The notes: a model not told the origin generated them from the letters alone. Numbered from the stretch's first letter, positions 20,617 to 30,352 are shown. The stretch is 64,000 nucleotides of DNA from Candidatus Saccharimonadales bacterium (GCA_025451045.1 JANWLD010000003.1:69690-133689), one strand, 5' to 3'. Program-made: numbers and translations.

Positions 20617-21963
20617 ATGATAAATATATCGGAAGAATTATTTATATCAACCATAGATTCTGGATTTTTTAGGCATATAAGAAAAAATAGTGTTTTACCT
20701 CAAGAGATAGATCAGACTCGTGAGGAATATCTAAAACAACTCTATAAGAAAGTTGTTACGGGCGAGTACTTCGTGGCAGGTCCGCGTGCTTTTAAAATAG
20801 AAAGTAAATCTCAAAAAGTTGCTCGGATTATACCTATGTTAACGGTTGCTGATTATTGCGTGTATTACTTTTGTGTCAAGCAGGTAGAGGATGAACTAGC
20901 CATTGATAGAGTAGCAAACACCTACGGAGCATTTAGCCTTGGAGGTATAATTAGGGATTCTGAAGAAGATCAACTAGACGCCATAAGCCTTGAATTACCA
21001 TCAACTCCATCAAGAGCTTACAATATGCTGGGTTGGATTGAATCATGGAAAGACTTTCAGAAAAAAGTTTGGCTTACTGCAAGTTCTGCGAATACTTCTG
21101 AATTTCTGTTTTCTGATATTGCTAACTTTTATGACACCATTGACCTAGACAAGCTAGAGGCAAAAATTAGACATGCTGTTCCAAAGGATAAGCTTCCAGT
21201 AATACACTTATTGTTTTCATTTTTAAAAAACTGGAATAGAAAAATCTATGGATACGCCCATCAGACAAAGGGATTGCCCCAGGATGAGGTGGGCGATTGT
21301 TCGCGCTTATTGGCTAATTTTTACCTACAGAATTATGATGAGAAAATTAGTAAATATTGTGATGATATTAATGTGACTTATTTTAGATATGCTGATGATC
21401 AAATTTTCATGTCTAACTCTAAAAAAGACAATCTGAAGGCTCTATACAAGGCATCTGTGCTACTCCACAATGAAGGATTAAATTTTGGTGTTTCCAAAGT
21501 AAAAATTCAGGATGAAAGTGAATTCTCCATATATTGGGCATTTGAAATATTTGATCTTCTAGGAGATTCAAATGACAAAGCCAGGGTTACTCAAGGCACA
21601 GAAAAGTATATAGCGTGGTCTAGTGAATACGGAAAAGATAAGTTTAGATGGTGGTCGGTGTTACTAAGGATTATTAGTTGTGATATATCGAGCTTATCAC
21701 CAGAACTAAGAGAAGGTATATTTACGGATCTGCTAAAAGAGGAATTTTTATTAGATCAATCATCATATGTTTTTAAGAGAATCCATAACGCTTTAGAGGA
21801 ATCTAAACGCAAAGACTTTATCGAAGTTCTATACAGTCTATCAAAAGAGAGCAGGTTCAATGCTTATCTGTACGAACTTCTTGACTTACAAAGAAGAATT
21901 GAAGTCTTCACAAAGGAACAGATTACTAAGATAGAAGAAAGAATAGAGGAATTGTCTTTATGA
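20617..21963 (+). CDS. reverse transcriptase, Abi/UG (defence-associated RT)-like
   Basis: DIANFYDTI, GLPQ..SRLLANFYL, YFRYADD, GLNF..SK; helical C-terminus; no maturase/HNH domain or intron RNA visible. Confidence 0.88.
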   Translation: MINISEELFISTIDSGFFRHIRKNSVLPQEIDQTREEYLKQLYKKVVTGEYFVAGPRAFKIESKSQKVARIIPMLTVADYCVYYFCVKQVEDELAIDRVANTYGAFSLGGIIRDSEEDQLDAISLELPSTPSRAYNMLGWIESWKDFQKKVWLTASSANTSEFLFSDIANFYDTIDLDKLEAKIRHAVPKDKLPVIHLLFSFLKNWNRKIYGYAHQTKGLPQDEVGDCSRLLANFYLQNYDEKISKYCDDINVTYFRYADDQIFMSNSKKDNLKALYKASVLLHNEGLNFGVSKVKIQDESEFSIYWAFEIFDLLGDSNDKARVTQGTEKYIAWSSEYGKDKFRWWSVLLRIISCDISSLSPELREGIFTDLLKEEFLLDQSSYVFKRIHNALEESKRKDFIEVLYSLSKESRFNAYLYELLDLQRRIEVFTKEQITKIEERIEELSL

Positions 21964-22688
21964 ATTATAGATTAGTAGCAAATCAAATAGGTGATTTATT
22001 GAAATATGCTACCACCTACAACGAAATAGAACGTGCAGCGAAGTCTATATTTACCTTTCAAAAAGAAAAATTCCCTAATGATTCAATAACATCTGTTAGG
22101 GCACAGGCTTTTCATGACTGGGTTTTAACTCTTGCAAAACAATCAATGACCAATGAAGATCGGAATGATTTGTTGGTTCAATTTGTTTCTATCGTTACGC
22201 CGGAAGATCTAGAAAACGATGTAGATAAAATCTTAAAGAAAGCAAAAATTGACCTTAAAGTAGGATCTGTTATCTCGGATGATTTTATGAGTAGAAACTT
22301 TCATGAAGAAATCCATAAACACTGTCGAAAACTATTCATTCAAGAAAATTATTTTCATGCAGTATTTGAAGCGGCAAAAGTCTATAACAAACTTGTCCAA
22401 AAAAAGTCCCAAAACCAAAGAGACGGACAAGGCTTAATGTTAGATGTTTTTTCTTTAAAGGGAGTACTGAAACTTAATACTGGACGCACTCAAACAGAAA
22501 AAAATGTACAGGAAAGCGTTAAATTTTTATCTGCCGGATTAATGCAAGCGATGCGTAATCCAACCGCTCATGAACCAGCGCTTGATTGGCCTATATCAAA
22601 AGAGGACTGTTTAGACATGCTCAGTTTTATATCTTATTTGTTTAGACAATTAGACAAAGCAATTTATTTTAAAAGTACTGCTAATTAA
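21960..22688 (+). CDS. TIGR02391-like HEPN-fold protein
   Basis: YFHAVFEAAK, DGQGLM..VFS, MRNPTAHE (R-x4-H), DCLDMLSFIS; ATGA overlap with RT. Confidence 0.78.
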   Translation: MNYRLVANQIGDLLKYATTYNEIERAAKSIFTFQKEKFPNDSITSVRAQAFHDWVLTLAKQSMTNEDRNDLLVQFVSIVTPEDLENDVDKILKKAKIDLKVGSVISDDFMSRNFHEEIHKHCRKLFIQENYFHAVFEAAKVYNKLVQKKSQNQRDGQGLMLDVFSLKGVLKLNTGRTQTEKNVQESVKFLSAGLMQAMRNPTAHEPALDWPISKEDCLDMLSFISYLFRQLDKAIYFKSTAN

Positions 22689-22939
22689 AAACGTTTGCGC
22701 CTTGCTACATTAATGAATTGTTCAAAACTTGTCATCTCCCTACGAGTCATAGGAATTTTGTCGAATACTCCGGTAGGAACTTTATCACTACCTTCAATTA
22801 TTATTCCTTTTTCTACTTCTTTTGAGGAGTATTTATTTTCAAGTTGATCAATATATTCCTGATACTCTTGGTTATTTGATGCGAAAGATTTACTTTTTTC
22901 TTCTTTGCCATCACTTAATAAAACTAATAGGACCACCAT
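22685..22939 (-). CDS. small hypothetical protein, antisense within the R-M operon
   Basis: ORF with TTGACT-16-TACAAT upstream on minus strand. Confidence 0.45.
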   Translation of the reverse strand: MVVLLVLLSDGKEEKSKSFASNNQEYQEYIDQLENKYSSKEVEKGIIIEGSDKVPTGVFDKIPMTRREMTSFEQFINVARRKRF

Positions 22940-22980
22940 TACATGCTTAATTGTAGCGGTCATTGTATACTAGTCAACAA

Positions 22981-25900
22981 ATGACCGAAGATAAAGTAGA
23001 GCAAGAAGCGCTGAAAATACTAGCTAATTTAGGCTGGGAAGTTTTGAACGGACCGGAAATTGGCCCGGATGGCTCCGGCGAGCGACAATATCACGAAGTG
23101 TTTTTAGATAAAAAATTGACTGCTGCTGTACAAAAACTTAATCCGCAAATACCAAAAGAAGGCTTAGATAAAGTAAGAACTTTATTGAGCAGGAGTACCG
23201 CACCGACGCTACTAACTGATAATCATACCTTTCATAACCTTTTAGTTAATGGCCTGGATTATGAATACCGAAATAAAAACGGTGAAATAAGAACGGATAA
23301 AGTCTGGCTGTTTGACTTTGAAAACCTTGAAAATAACGAATTTGTGGCAGTAAACCAACTAACTGTTTTGCAAGGCGAGCATAACCGCCGGCCAGACATA
23401 GTGCTGTTTGTAAACGGCTTGCCGCTGGTAGTGATAGAGCTAAAAAATGCTGGGGATGCTAAGGCAGATGTGCGAGCGGCTTTTCGGCAAATACAGACAT
23501 ATAAAGACCAGATAAACGCGCTCTTTAGATTTAATGAACTGTGCGTGATAAGCGACGGGCTGGATGCACGGATGGGTACTATAAGCTCTGACTTTGAACG
23601 ATTTATGACATGGAAAACCATAGACGGCGAGAAGGAAGTAGGAAATGTCCCAATGCTGGAAGTACTACTACGCGGCGCGTGCGATAAGTCCAGACTGCTT
23701 GATATAGTGCGGAACTTCATAGTGTTTGAGCGGTCTGATGTGAATGAACAGAACTATATAAAAAAGGTTGCGGCATACCACCAGTATTGGGCAGTTAAAA
23801 AAGCAGTAAACAGTACGGTAGGGGCGACTAAGCCAGATTCTGACCACCGAGCAGGTGTAGTCTGGCATACGCAAGGTTCTGGCAAGTCACTATCTATGGC
23901 GTTTTATGCAGGATTATTGACTGTATCGCCAGAGCTAAAGAACCCCACAATATTAGTTGTAACGGACAGAAATGATCTGGATGGACAGCTTTTTGGTACG
24001 TTTGCGGCTTGTCATGATTTACTGCGACAAGAACCTGTGCAGGCGCACACCCGAAAAGAACTGAGAGAACTGCTGAATAGAGAATCTGGCGGAGTGATCT
24101 TTACCACTATACAGAAATTCTCACCAGGTGAAGATGAAGATACGTTGCCAGTTTTGAGCCCAAGAAACAACATAATAGTCATAGCTGATGAAGCACACCG
24201 TAGCCAATACGGGCTAAAAGCTCGCGTGCGAGAAAGCGATGCACAGCTGGTGTATGGATATGCAAAATATATGCGTGATGCATTGCCGGGAGCTAGCTAT
24301 ATAGGCTTTACCGGAACGCCAATAGAGCGTGAAGATAAATCTACCCCAGCGGTTTTTGGCGAATACATAGACATATACGACATACAGCAGGCCGTAGAAG
24401 ACCAAGCAACCGTGCCTATATATTATGAAAGCCGCCTGATAGACCTGGGCATGGATGAAACAACCAAAAAGTGGCTGGATAGTGAAGTAGAAAACCTGCT
24501 TGAGGGCGAAGAGCTATCACGCCAGGATAAGTTAAAGGCTGAATGGACACAAAAAGAAGCAATAGTGGGCAACACGGAGAGACTAAAGCTAATTGCCAAA
24601 GACATAGTTAAGCATTTTGAGGAACGTCAAACAGCGATAGAGGGCAAGGCCATGATTGTGACTATGAGCCGAAGGATTGCAGCTGCTTTGTATGATGAGA
24701 TTATTAAGCTTAGGCCAGAGTGGCACAATGAAGATGACGACAAAGGTCTAATAAAAGTCGTTATGACTGGCTCGGCGTCTGATGAGCAGGCGCTACAAAA
24801 ACATTTAAGAAGCAAAGATAAACAAAAGGCCCTGGCGGCGAGGATGAAAGATGTTGATTCTGAGCTAAAGCTAGTGATTGTGTGCGACATGTGGTTAACA
24901 GGATTTGACGTGCCGAATATGCATACAATGTATTTGGATAAACCATTAAAAGGGCATAACTTGATGCAAGCGATAGCAAGGGTAAACAGAGTTTATCCTG
25001 GGAAAATTGGCGGCTTGGTCGTGGACTATTTGGGAGTTGCAGCTGCACTACGTGAAGCAATGGCAGATTATACCGAAAGTGGCGGGGAAGGAACGCCTAC
25101 TTTGGACCAAGACAAAGCCGTGAAGATCATGAAGCAGAAATATGAAATCGTTCGAGATATGTTCCATGGGTTTGATTACAAAAAATATTTTGATGCTGAA
25201 ACCGGGGAGCAACTGCAGATTATTCTGGATGCCGAAGAACATATAACCGCCATGGATAATGGCCCGAAGAGATTGAAGCAACACGTTGTAGAACTGGGTA
25301 AAGCATTTGGTCTAGCTATGCCACGACCAGAGGCTCTGGAGCTGCGCGAGGAAGTAGCATTATTCCAGGCAGTCAATGCACGCCTAGAGAAAATAGATGG
25401 CCCTAGGGGTGGACCAACTGATGAAGATTACCGGATGGCAATAAAGCAAATTGTAGATAAAGCTATAGCCCCCGTGGGTGTAGTAGATATCTTTACTGCT
25501 GCAGGCCTAGAAAAGCCGAATTTGTCTATATTGTCTGATGAATTCTTGGCAGAAATGCGCAATATGGAGCGTAAAAATTTGGCGGCGATTGTTCTGCAGA
25601 AACTCTTAGACGATGAGATAAAAGTTAGGTTCAAACGAAATGCGGTAAAAACTCAGCAATTTTCAGAAATGCTGGAAGAGGCATTGGCTCGATATAAAAA
25701 CGGAACCATTGAGGCTGCGCAGGTAGTAGAAGAACTTATAAAGATTGCAAGAAATGTCCGAGAAGAAGTAAAAGAAAACGAAGAAAGCGGGCTTAGCGAA
25801 GCGGAGTTAGCTTTTTATGATGCTTTGGTGGCTCATGGGACAGCCAGAGAAGTAATGGGAGATGAAAAGCTTAGAGAACTTTCTAGGTTGTTGGTGCAAA

Positions 25901-26076
25901 GGGTCCGAAATAATGTATCCATAGACTGGACAATGCGGGAATCGGCACAAGCGAGACTGCGTGTAGAAGTAAAGAAGCTCCTACGAGAGTTTGGCTACCC
26001 GCCTGATAATCAAGCAATTGCTACAAAGTTAGTACTTGAACAAGCAAGCCTGTTTGCTGAAGAAGAGATTAAATAA
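22981..26076 (+). CDS. hsdR: type I restriction endonuclease subunit R
   Basis: RPDIVLFVNGLPLVVIELK nuclease motif, HTQGSGKS, DEAH, QAIARVNR. Confidence 0.97.
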   Translation: MTEDKVEQEALKILANLGWEVLNGPEIGPDGSGERQYHEVFLDKKLTAAVQKLNPQIPKEGLDKVRTLLSRSTAPTLLTDNHTFHNLLVNGLDYEYRNKNGEIRTDKVWLFDFENLENNEFVAVNQLTVLQGEHNRRPDIVLFVNGLPLVVIELKNAGDAKADVRAAFRQIQTYKDQINALFRFNELCVISDGLDARMGTISSDFERFMTWKTIDGEKEVGNVPMLEVLLRGACDKSRLLDIVRNFIVFERSDVNEQNYIKKVAAYHQYWAVKKAVNSTVGATKPDSDHRAGVVWHTQGSGKSLSMAFYAGLLTVSPELKNPTILVVTDRNDLDGQLFGTFAACHDLLRQEPVQAHTRKELRELLNRESGGVIFTTIQKFSPGEDEDTLPVLSPRNNIIVIADEAHRSQYGLKARVRESDAQLVYGYAKYMRDALPGASYIGFTGTPIEREDKSTPAVFGEYIDIYDIQQAVEDQATVPIYYESRLIDLGMDETTKKWLDSEVENLLEGEELSRQDKLKAEWTQKEAIVGNTERLKLIAKDIVKHFEERQTAIEGKAMIVTMSRRIAAALYDEIIKLRPEWHNEDDDKGLIKVVMTGSASDEQALQKHLRSKDKQKALAARMKDVDSELKLVIVCDMWLTGFDVPNMHTMYLDKPLKGHNLMQAIARVNRVYPGKIGGLVVDYLGVAAALREAMADYTESGGEGTPTLDQDKAVKIMKQKYEIVRDMFHGFDYKKYFDAETGEQLQIILDAEEHITAMDNGPKRLKQHVVELGKAFGLAMPRPEALELREEVALFQAVNARLEKIDGPRGGPTDEDYRMAIKQIVDKAIAPVGVVDIFTAAGLEKPNLSILSDEFLAEMRNMERKNLAAIVLQKLLDDEIKVRFKRNAVKTQQFSEMLEEALARYKNGTIEAAQVVEELIKIARNVREEVKENEESGLSEAELAFYDALVAHGTAREVMGDEKLRELSRLLVQRVRNNVSIDWTMRESAQARLRVEVKKLLREFGYPPDNQAIATKLVLEQASLFAEEEIK

Positions 26077-26152
26077 ATTCAAGAGCTAGCTTTACTAAAG
26101 GATTTGAATAGCCTTGTAAATTATTAAGTTTTATTCTATAATAATACTTAAT

Positions 26153-26482
26153 ATGCCTATTGAAGTTTTGATGCGAGGTCCTAAAGGAGAAGTTGCTTTA
26201 GGTAAAATAGAATCTGGTATGCCAGGTACTTTTAGTGACTATTCTACTGAGCCGCCAATGGTTATATCGGCGATGTGTTCTTGGGATTCAAGTGAAGGCA
26301 TGGTATATCACGTGCCTGGGAATACACAGGCTAAGTCAAAGCTAACTTTTATACCAGCATCGGCTTACAATGACGAGAATCTAGCCCAGAAGTTGACTTC
26401 AAAAGACAATACTTATGAAAAAGATATTATGAACAGTAATGGTAGGAAAGGCCGGCTGGTCTTAAGACTTACACAAAAATAA
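26153..26482 (+). CDS. hypothetical protein
   Basis: 109-aa ORF; TATAAT 8 nt before ATG. Confidence 0.55.
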   Translation: MPIEVLMRGPKGEVALGKIESGMPGTFSDYSTEPPMVISAMCSWDSSEGMVYHVPGNTQAKSKLTFIPASAYNDENLAQKLTSKDNTYEKDIMNSNGRKGRLVLRLTQK

Positions 26483-26502
26483 AAATTCTTAAAAACTAAT
26501 GT

Positions 26503-27684
26503 TTAGTAGTTGGTTTTTTCGACAAAAGTCAGGGCGTTGCCTGCTTTTCCGGCACGGCCGGCACGGCCTATGCGGTGGATATAATCGTCGTAGCTGGCCG
26601 GAGTAGAATAGTTGATGACATGTGTGATATCGGTGACATCGATACCCCGTGCCGCGACATCGGTTGCCACCAAAACGGTAATATTATTTTCCCGAAAATG
26701 ATTAAGCGCGCGCTGGCGAGAACCTTGAGTTTTGCCGCCGTGGATGGCGCCTGATTTGAAACCCCGGCTGGCAAGTTCTTTGCTGAGTCTTTCCACACTG
26801 CGCTGGGTGTCGTCAAAGACAAGAGCCTTTTTGACGTTTTCGTCTATTAAAAGATCATGGAGTTTGCCAATCTTTTCATTGGACGAGTTGTATTGAACGA
26901 TATTCTGCTCGACAAAGTCGCTGGTGTCGCCTTGTTTGACTGAAACGGTCACCGGGCTATTCATAAATGTTTGTATCAGAGCGTTAATCTTCGCGTCAAT
27001 TGTAGCGGAGAAGAATAGCGACTGCCGGTTTGGGCTGACTTGCCCAAGGATTGAACGAATATCGCCTATAAAGCCCATGTCCACCATGCGGTCGACTTCG
27101 TCCAGTACGACAATGTTGAACCTAGATAAATCGAGACTGCCGCGCTGTAAATGGTCCTTTATGCGTCCCGGGGTGCCGATGACTACATTCGGCCTTTCGC
27201 GAAGTCCGCGTAGCTGTTTGCCCATAGGCGAGCCGCCGATAAGAACAACGCCGCCAAGTCCGCTGCGCCGGGCAAACGAGATACATTCGTCCTCTATCTG
27301 CTGGGCCAGTTCGCGGGTTGGAGCTATGATGATAGCACGGGAGTTTTGGTCGACTATAAGGCGCTGAAGTATCGGTATAGCAAAGGCCGCGGTCTTTCCG
27401 GTACCGGTGTTGGCTATGCCGATAACATCTTTGCCGGCTAGCGCGTGCGGGATGGTTTGATCCTGGATAGGTGAAGGGGCTATGTAGCCTTTGGCTTTGA
27501 TATTTTCTTTCAGTAGAGGGTGAATATCAAAATCATCAAAATTATGTGTGGGCTCGTAAGCCTCAGCTTGCACTTGTTTGGCGGCTTTTATAAATTTGCC
27601 GGGGTGGATGTATTGCTTCCGGCGCGAACCATAGCTTGGCCGGCGATTGCGAGTATTCCTAGAAGAATACGATGAATAAGACAT
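26503..27684 (-). CDS. DEAD-box RNA helicase
   Basis: Q motif, TGTGKT, PTRELA, DEVD, SAT, HRIGRAGR. Confidence 0.95.
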   Translation of the reverse strand: MSYSSYSSRNTRNRRPSYGSRRKQYIHPGKFIKAAKQVQAEAYEPTHNFDDFDIHPLLKENIKAKGYIAPSPIQDQTIPHALAGKDVIGIANTGTGKTAAFAIPILQRLIVDQNSRAIIIAPTRELAQQIEDECISFARRSGLGGVVLIGGSPMGKQLRGLRERPNVVIGTPGRIKDHLQRGSLDLSRFNIVVLDEVDRMVDMGFIGDIRSILGQVSPNRQSLFFSATIDAKINALIQTFMNSPVTVSVKQGDTSDFVEQNIVQYNSSNEKIGKLHDLLIDENVKKALVFDDTQRSVERLSKELASRGFKSGAIHGGKTQGSRQRALNHFRENNITVLVATDVAARGIDVTDITHVINYSTPASYDDYIHRIGRAGRAGKAGNALTFVEKTNY

Positions 27685-27821
27685 AAAAAAAGAATCCTTT
27701 ATTTCGTTAGTTATTTAGTCGGTTGATCAGTAATGAACAGCGAGTAAAAAACTACGAATGACCCGGATTCATTAGGTTGATGTAAACATTTTAACAGAAA
27801 AAAATGCTTATGTCAATGAGG

Positions 27822-28062
27822 ATGTTCTTCTGACGAAGAACCAAGCCATTCCATTTTTGAGTCAGCAAAAACGGAATCCAAAAACTGACAGCAAGTTGAA
27901 AAAAACATGATGCTCGCTTTGTTGCGGTCTTGTCTGGCCTGCGGGACTCCTTCCAGTCGGCCATGAAGGCTGGTCCTCGGCCTGTTCCGACAAGACCGAA
28001 AGTCGCTCACTCAGTTTTTCAAATGCTGGGAATAAATCAGAATGCCTCGCAATACCCAACCC
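27822..28062 (+). repeat. structured dispersed repeat, family A' copy 2
   Basis: matches revcomp of 12020-12246 and shares gcctgcggRactc..gtcctcggc with family A. Confidence 0.85.
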
Positions 28063-28261
28063 CAAAAAAACACAAGAGCCTGATTGCGAGCCAATCGGTC
28101 TGGCAAATGCTGAATCAAAGGATATTTGCTCAGGCTCAAGCAAAGCCGGAATAGCAAAAAGTTATCTTTCTAAATTAGAACGCTGGAAAAGCTGATTGCG
28201 CGTATTGTTCGTTAGAACATCTATTCGACAGATATTGTAAAAAATGTTAAAATGTTGGTAA

Positions 28262-29260
28262 ATGGAAAACCAGGAGTCGGCGAAAAAGATAATGGATTTA
28301 AGCCCAGAAGGAGTCGACAGGGCTTGGGATTTGGCCTATGCGTCGAATGTGGCTTATGATTTTTTGGCCGATGCATTAGAACCTAAATTCTTTGTTAGAA
28401 AAGACCGGCTAAAAATCACAGCCAAGGAGCTACTGGCTGACATAGCGATAGACACGCATAACCATAGTGCAGGCGAACGCCGCGATATGTTCCGCCGGAT
28501 GGTTGATTTTACAAGCGATTATGCCCATATGGAACACAGTCCATTCACAAGTACGCCCGAACATGGTGATCCGGCCGAAATATCAACTGAACCAGAAGTC
28601 GAAAATGATGGATCAGCTGCCGCAAAAGTGATTGAGCTAGCCTTATACCGGAAAAGCCATAAAGTAGAAACGGTTGAAGAAGAAACTCCTAACGAAGACG
28701 AGGATGATGAGCCGCTAATGGCTACCGGCAAACCTGTTTGGGAGGTAGAGCAACGTACCCAAGATATGGTAGATGCTTTTAAAAAAGAGCTGGACGACTT
28801 GCACCAAAGACACGGCACTGATAAAAAGATTCAATCCGCTGCCAAAAAACACTTGAGCCGAACAACAAAATTTTATATGCAAAAGGGCGGAATAAAGCTG
28901 GAAATGGAAGTGCGCAATCGTGAAGTTGCGACGGCTGACGAGAGATTGCAGCTACTGCTGTGGGTTGGCCAGGCAAACGGCCCACGGCAAGCACTGCTTA
29001 AGAACACCCCTGCAAAAAGGATGGATTATATACAAGAAATGATGAATGCCGGCAAACTGGACACAGAGACCCATCTCGACTCACAACAACTTGGCGAACT
29101 TATTGATCGGGCAGTCGAAGACGAACTTTTAGTTAACGGACATGAATTCGAAGATGATCCGAAACTGACAAGAAAAGGCATGCAATATATTTTGAAAGCC
29201 AAAATAGAGGATATAAAAGGCGAAAAACAGCGGCAGCAAGCAGGGAAACGCTGGAAATAA
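28262..29260 (+). CDS. hypothetical protein
   Basis: 332-aa charged ORF; TAAAAT shortly before ATG. Confidence 0.65.
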   Translation: MENQESAKKIMDLSPEGVDRAWDLAYASNVAYDFLADALEPKFFVRKDRLKITAKELLADIAIDTHNHSAGERRDMFRRMVDFTSDYAHMEHSPFTSTPEHGDPAEISTEPEVENDGSAAAKVIELALYRKSHKVETVEEETPNEDEDDEPLMATGKPVWEVEQRTQDMVDAFKKELDDLHQRHGTDKKIQSAAKKHLSRTTKFYMQKGGIKLEMEVRNREVATADERLQLLLWVGQANGPRQALLKNTPAKRMDYIQEMMNAGKLDTETHLDSQQLGELIDRAVEDELLVNGHEFEDDPKLTRKGMQYILKAKIEDIKGEKQRQQAGKRWK

Positions 29261-29293
29261 AACGGACTTAACTCACTTAGCTAAGCTTGCGGC

Positions 29294-29797
29294 TTAAGCT
29301 ATATCTAGTTGAAAATGATTGAGCGCAAGAGGCGCAATATTGACAGGTTTATCATATTCGATAATTGTTTTCTCCGGAATATCACTGATAAACTGCGGGC
29401 CAACTACCAAAACCATGCCGGTATGTTCGACTGTTCTTGCCTGGCCAATTACCATGCCGCTGAATGCTTTTAGCTGGGCGATAACATTGGCGGTTGTTTG
29501 CTCATCGCTCTCTTGCAGGGTATTTTCACCTAACATGTGGCCCTGGCTGACTCCTTCGACAACGGAATGTTCTTGTATCCAAGGATTTTCTAACAAGGCG
29601 GATGCGGTTTCCATACTGTCAGGACTACCAGAAGAAATTACAACCAATCTGCCCGCTTCGGTAAGTATTTTTTTGATGCCTTTGACGTTTCTTTCAATTT
29701 TTGCCTGGCCTTTTTGATCAAAGTCAGAAGATTCGCCTTCTGTCATCCCAAAGACTTCAAACTTCGGTGTAACCGCTTGCTTAGTCTTTGCTGTCAT
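29294..29797 (-). CDS. hypothetical protein, degenerate histidine-phosphatase-like fold
   Basis: TEGES / ISSGSPDSMETA / VLVVGP spaced like RHG / SSPLxRAxETA / VLVVxH. Confidence 0.5.
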   Translation of the reverse strand: MTAKTKQAVTPKFEVFGMTEGESSDFDQKGQAKIERNVKGIKKILTEAGRLVVISSGSPDSMETASALLENPWIQEHSVVEGVSQGHMLGENTLQESDEQTTANVIAQLKAFSGMVIGQARTVEHTGMVLVVGPQFISDIPEKTIIEYDKPVNIAPLALNHFQLDIA

Positions 29798-29888
29798 TTG
29801 TATATATTATACCACACTTGTCAAGACCTGTAAAATCAAAGACTGCTTTGGCAAGATAATTCACGAACAGTGACAGTTTGACCGGGGT

Positions 29889-30352
29889 TCAATGTTTGCT
29901 TGGAATGATTTCTTGCTCGTCGAAGTATTTTATCTGGCCATTTAAAACAAACGAACTCATACATCGAAAACTAGTCTTTACTTTTTCCCCATCTCCTTCG
30001 GTCCAAGGCAATAAAACCACGCCGATTTCGCAGGCTTCCTGCATATCTTCTATGTCGCATTCCAGAACTTTGGCATCTTCTATAACTTCATTTGCCAGCT
30101 CTAAGCACGATTGGCGAAAGCAATACTGGCTTCAAGAGAATCATCTTCCGCCAGTAGCATCAGAGCTTCCCGTTCTTCTTGGGAAGTGTCACTTGCGATG
30201 TCTAGATACCTTGCCAGGTTGTCTTCAGTAATAATTTCTTCTTTAGATGCTTCGATGAGAAATCCGGCTTCAACTTGCATGGCCTGAAGTTTTATATCAA
30301 GCGATCGCCAAACCGGGCATTCAATATATTGGCCGGGACAAACTTCACTCAT
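29889..30352 (-). pseudogene. frameshifted hypothetical gene
   Basis: frame 1 (MSEVCPGQ...) stops at 30101; the -1 frame continues CLELANEVIEDAK...IPSKH to TGA at 29889. Confidence 0.6.

Noticed and set aside
20541..21963. RT as a group II intron, retron or DGR
   Set aside because: No flanking intron RNA or maturase/HNH domain, no VTG motif or msr-msd inverted repeats, and no adenine-variable repeat pair seen
14054..26076. Island as a prophage or integrative element
   Set aside because: No integrase, transposase, phage gene, tRNA target or flanking att pair identified
27813..28154. Short ORFs over the structured repeats (also 11455-11859, 11634-12053, 61091-61300, 63360-63713)
   Set aside because: They overlap repeats or real genes, and repeat copies conserve pairing rather than reading frame
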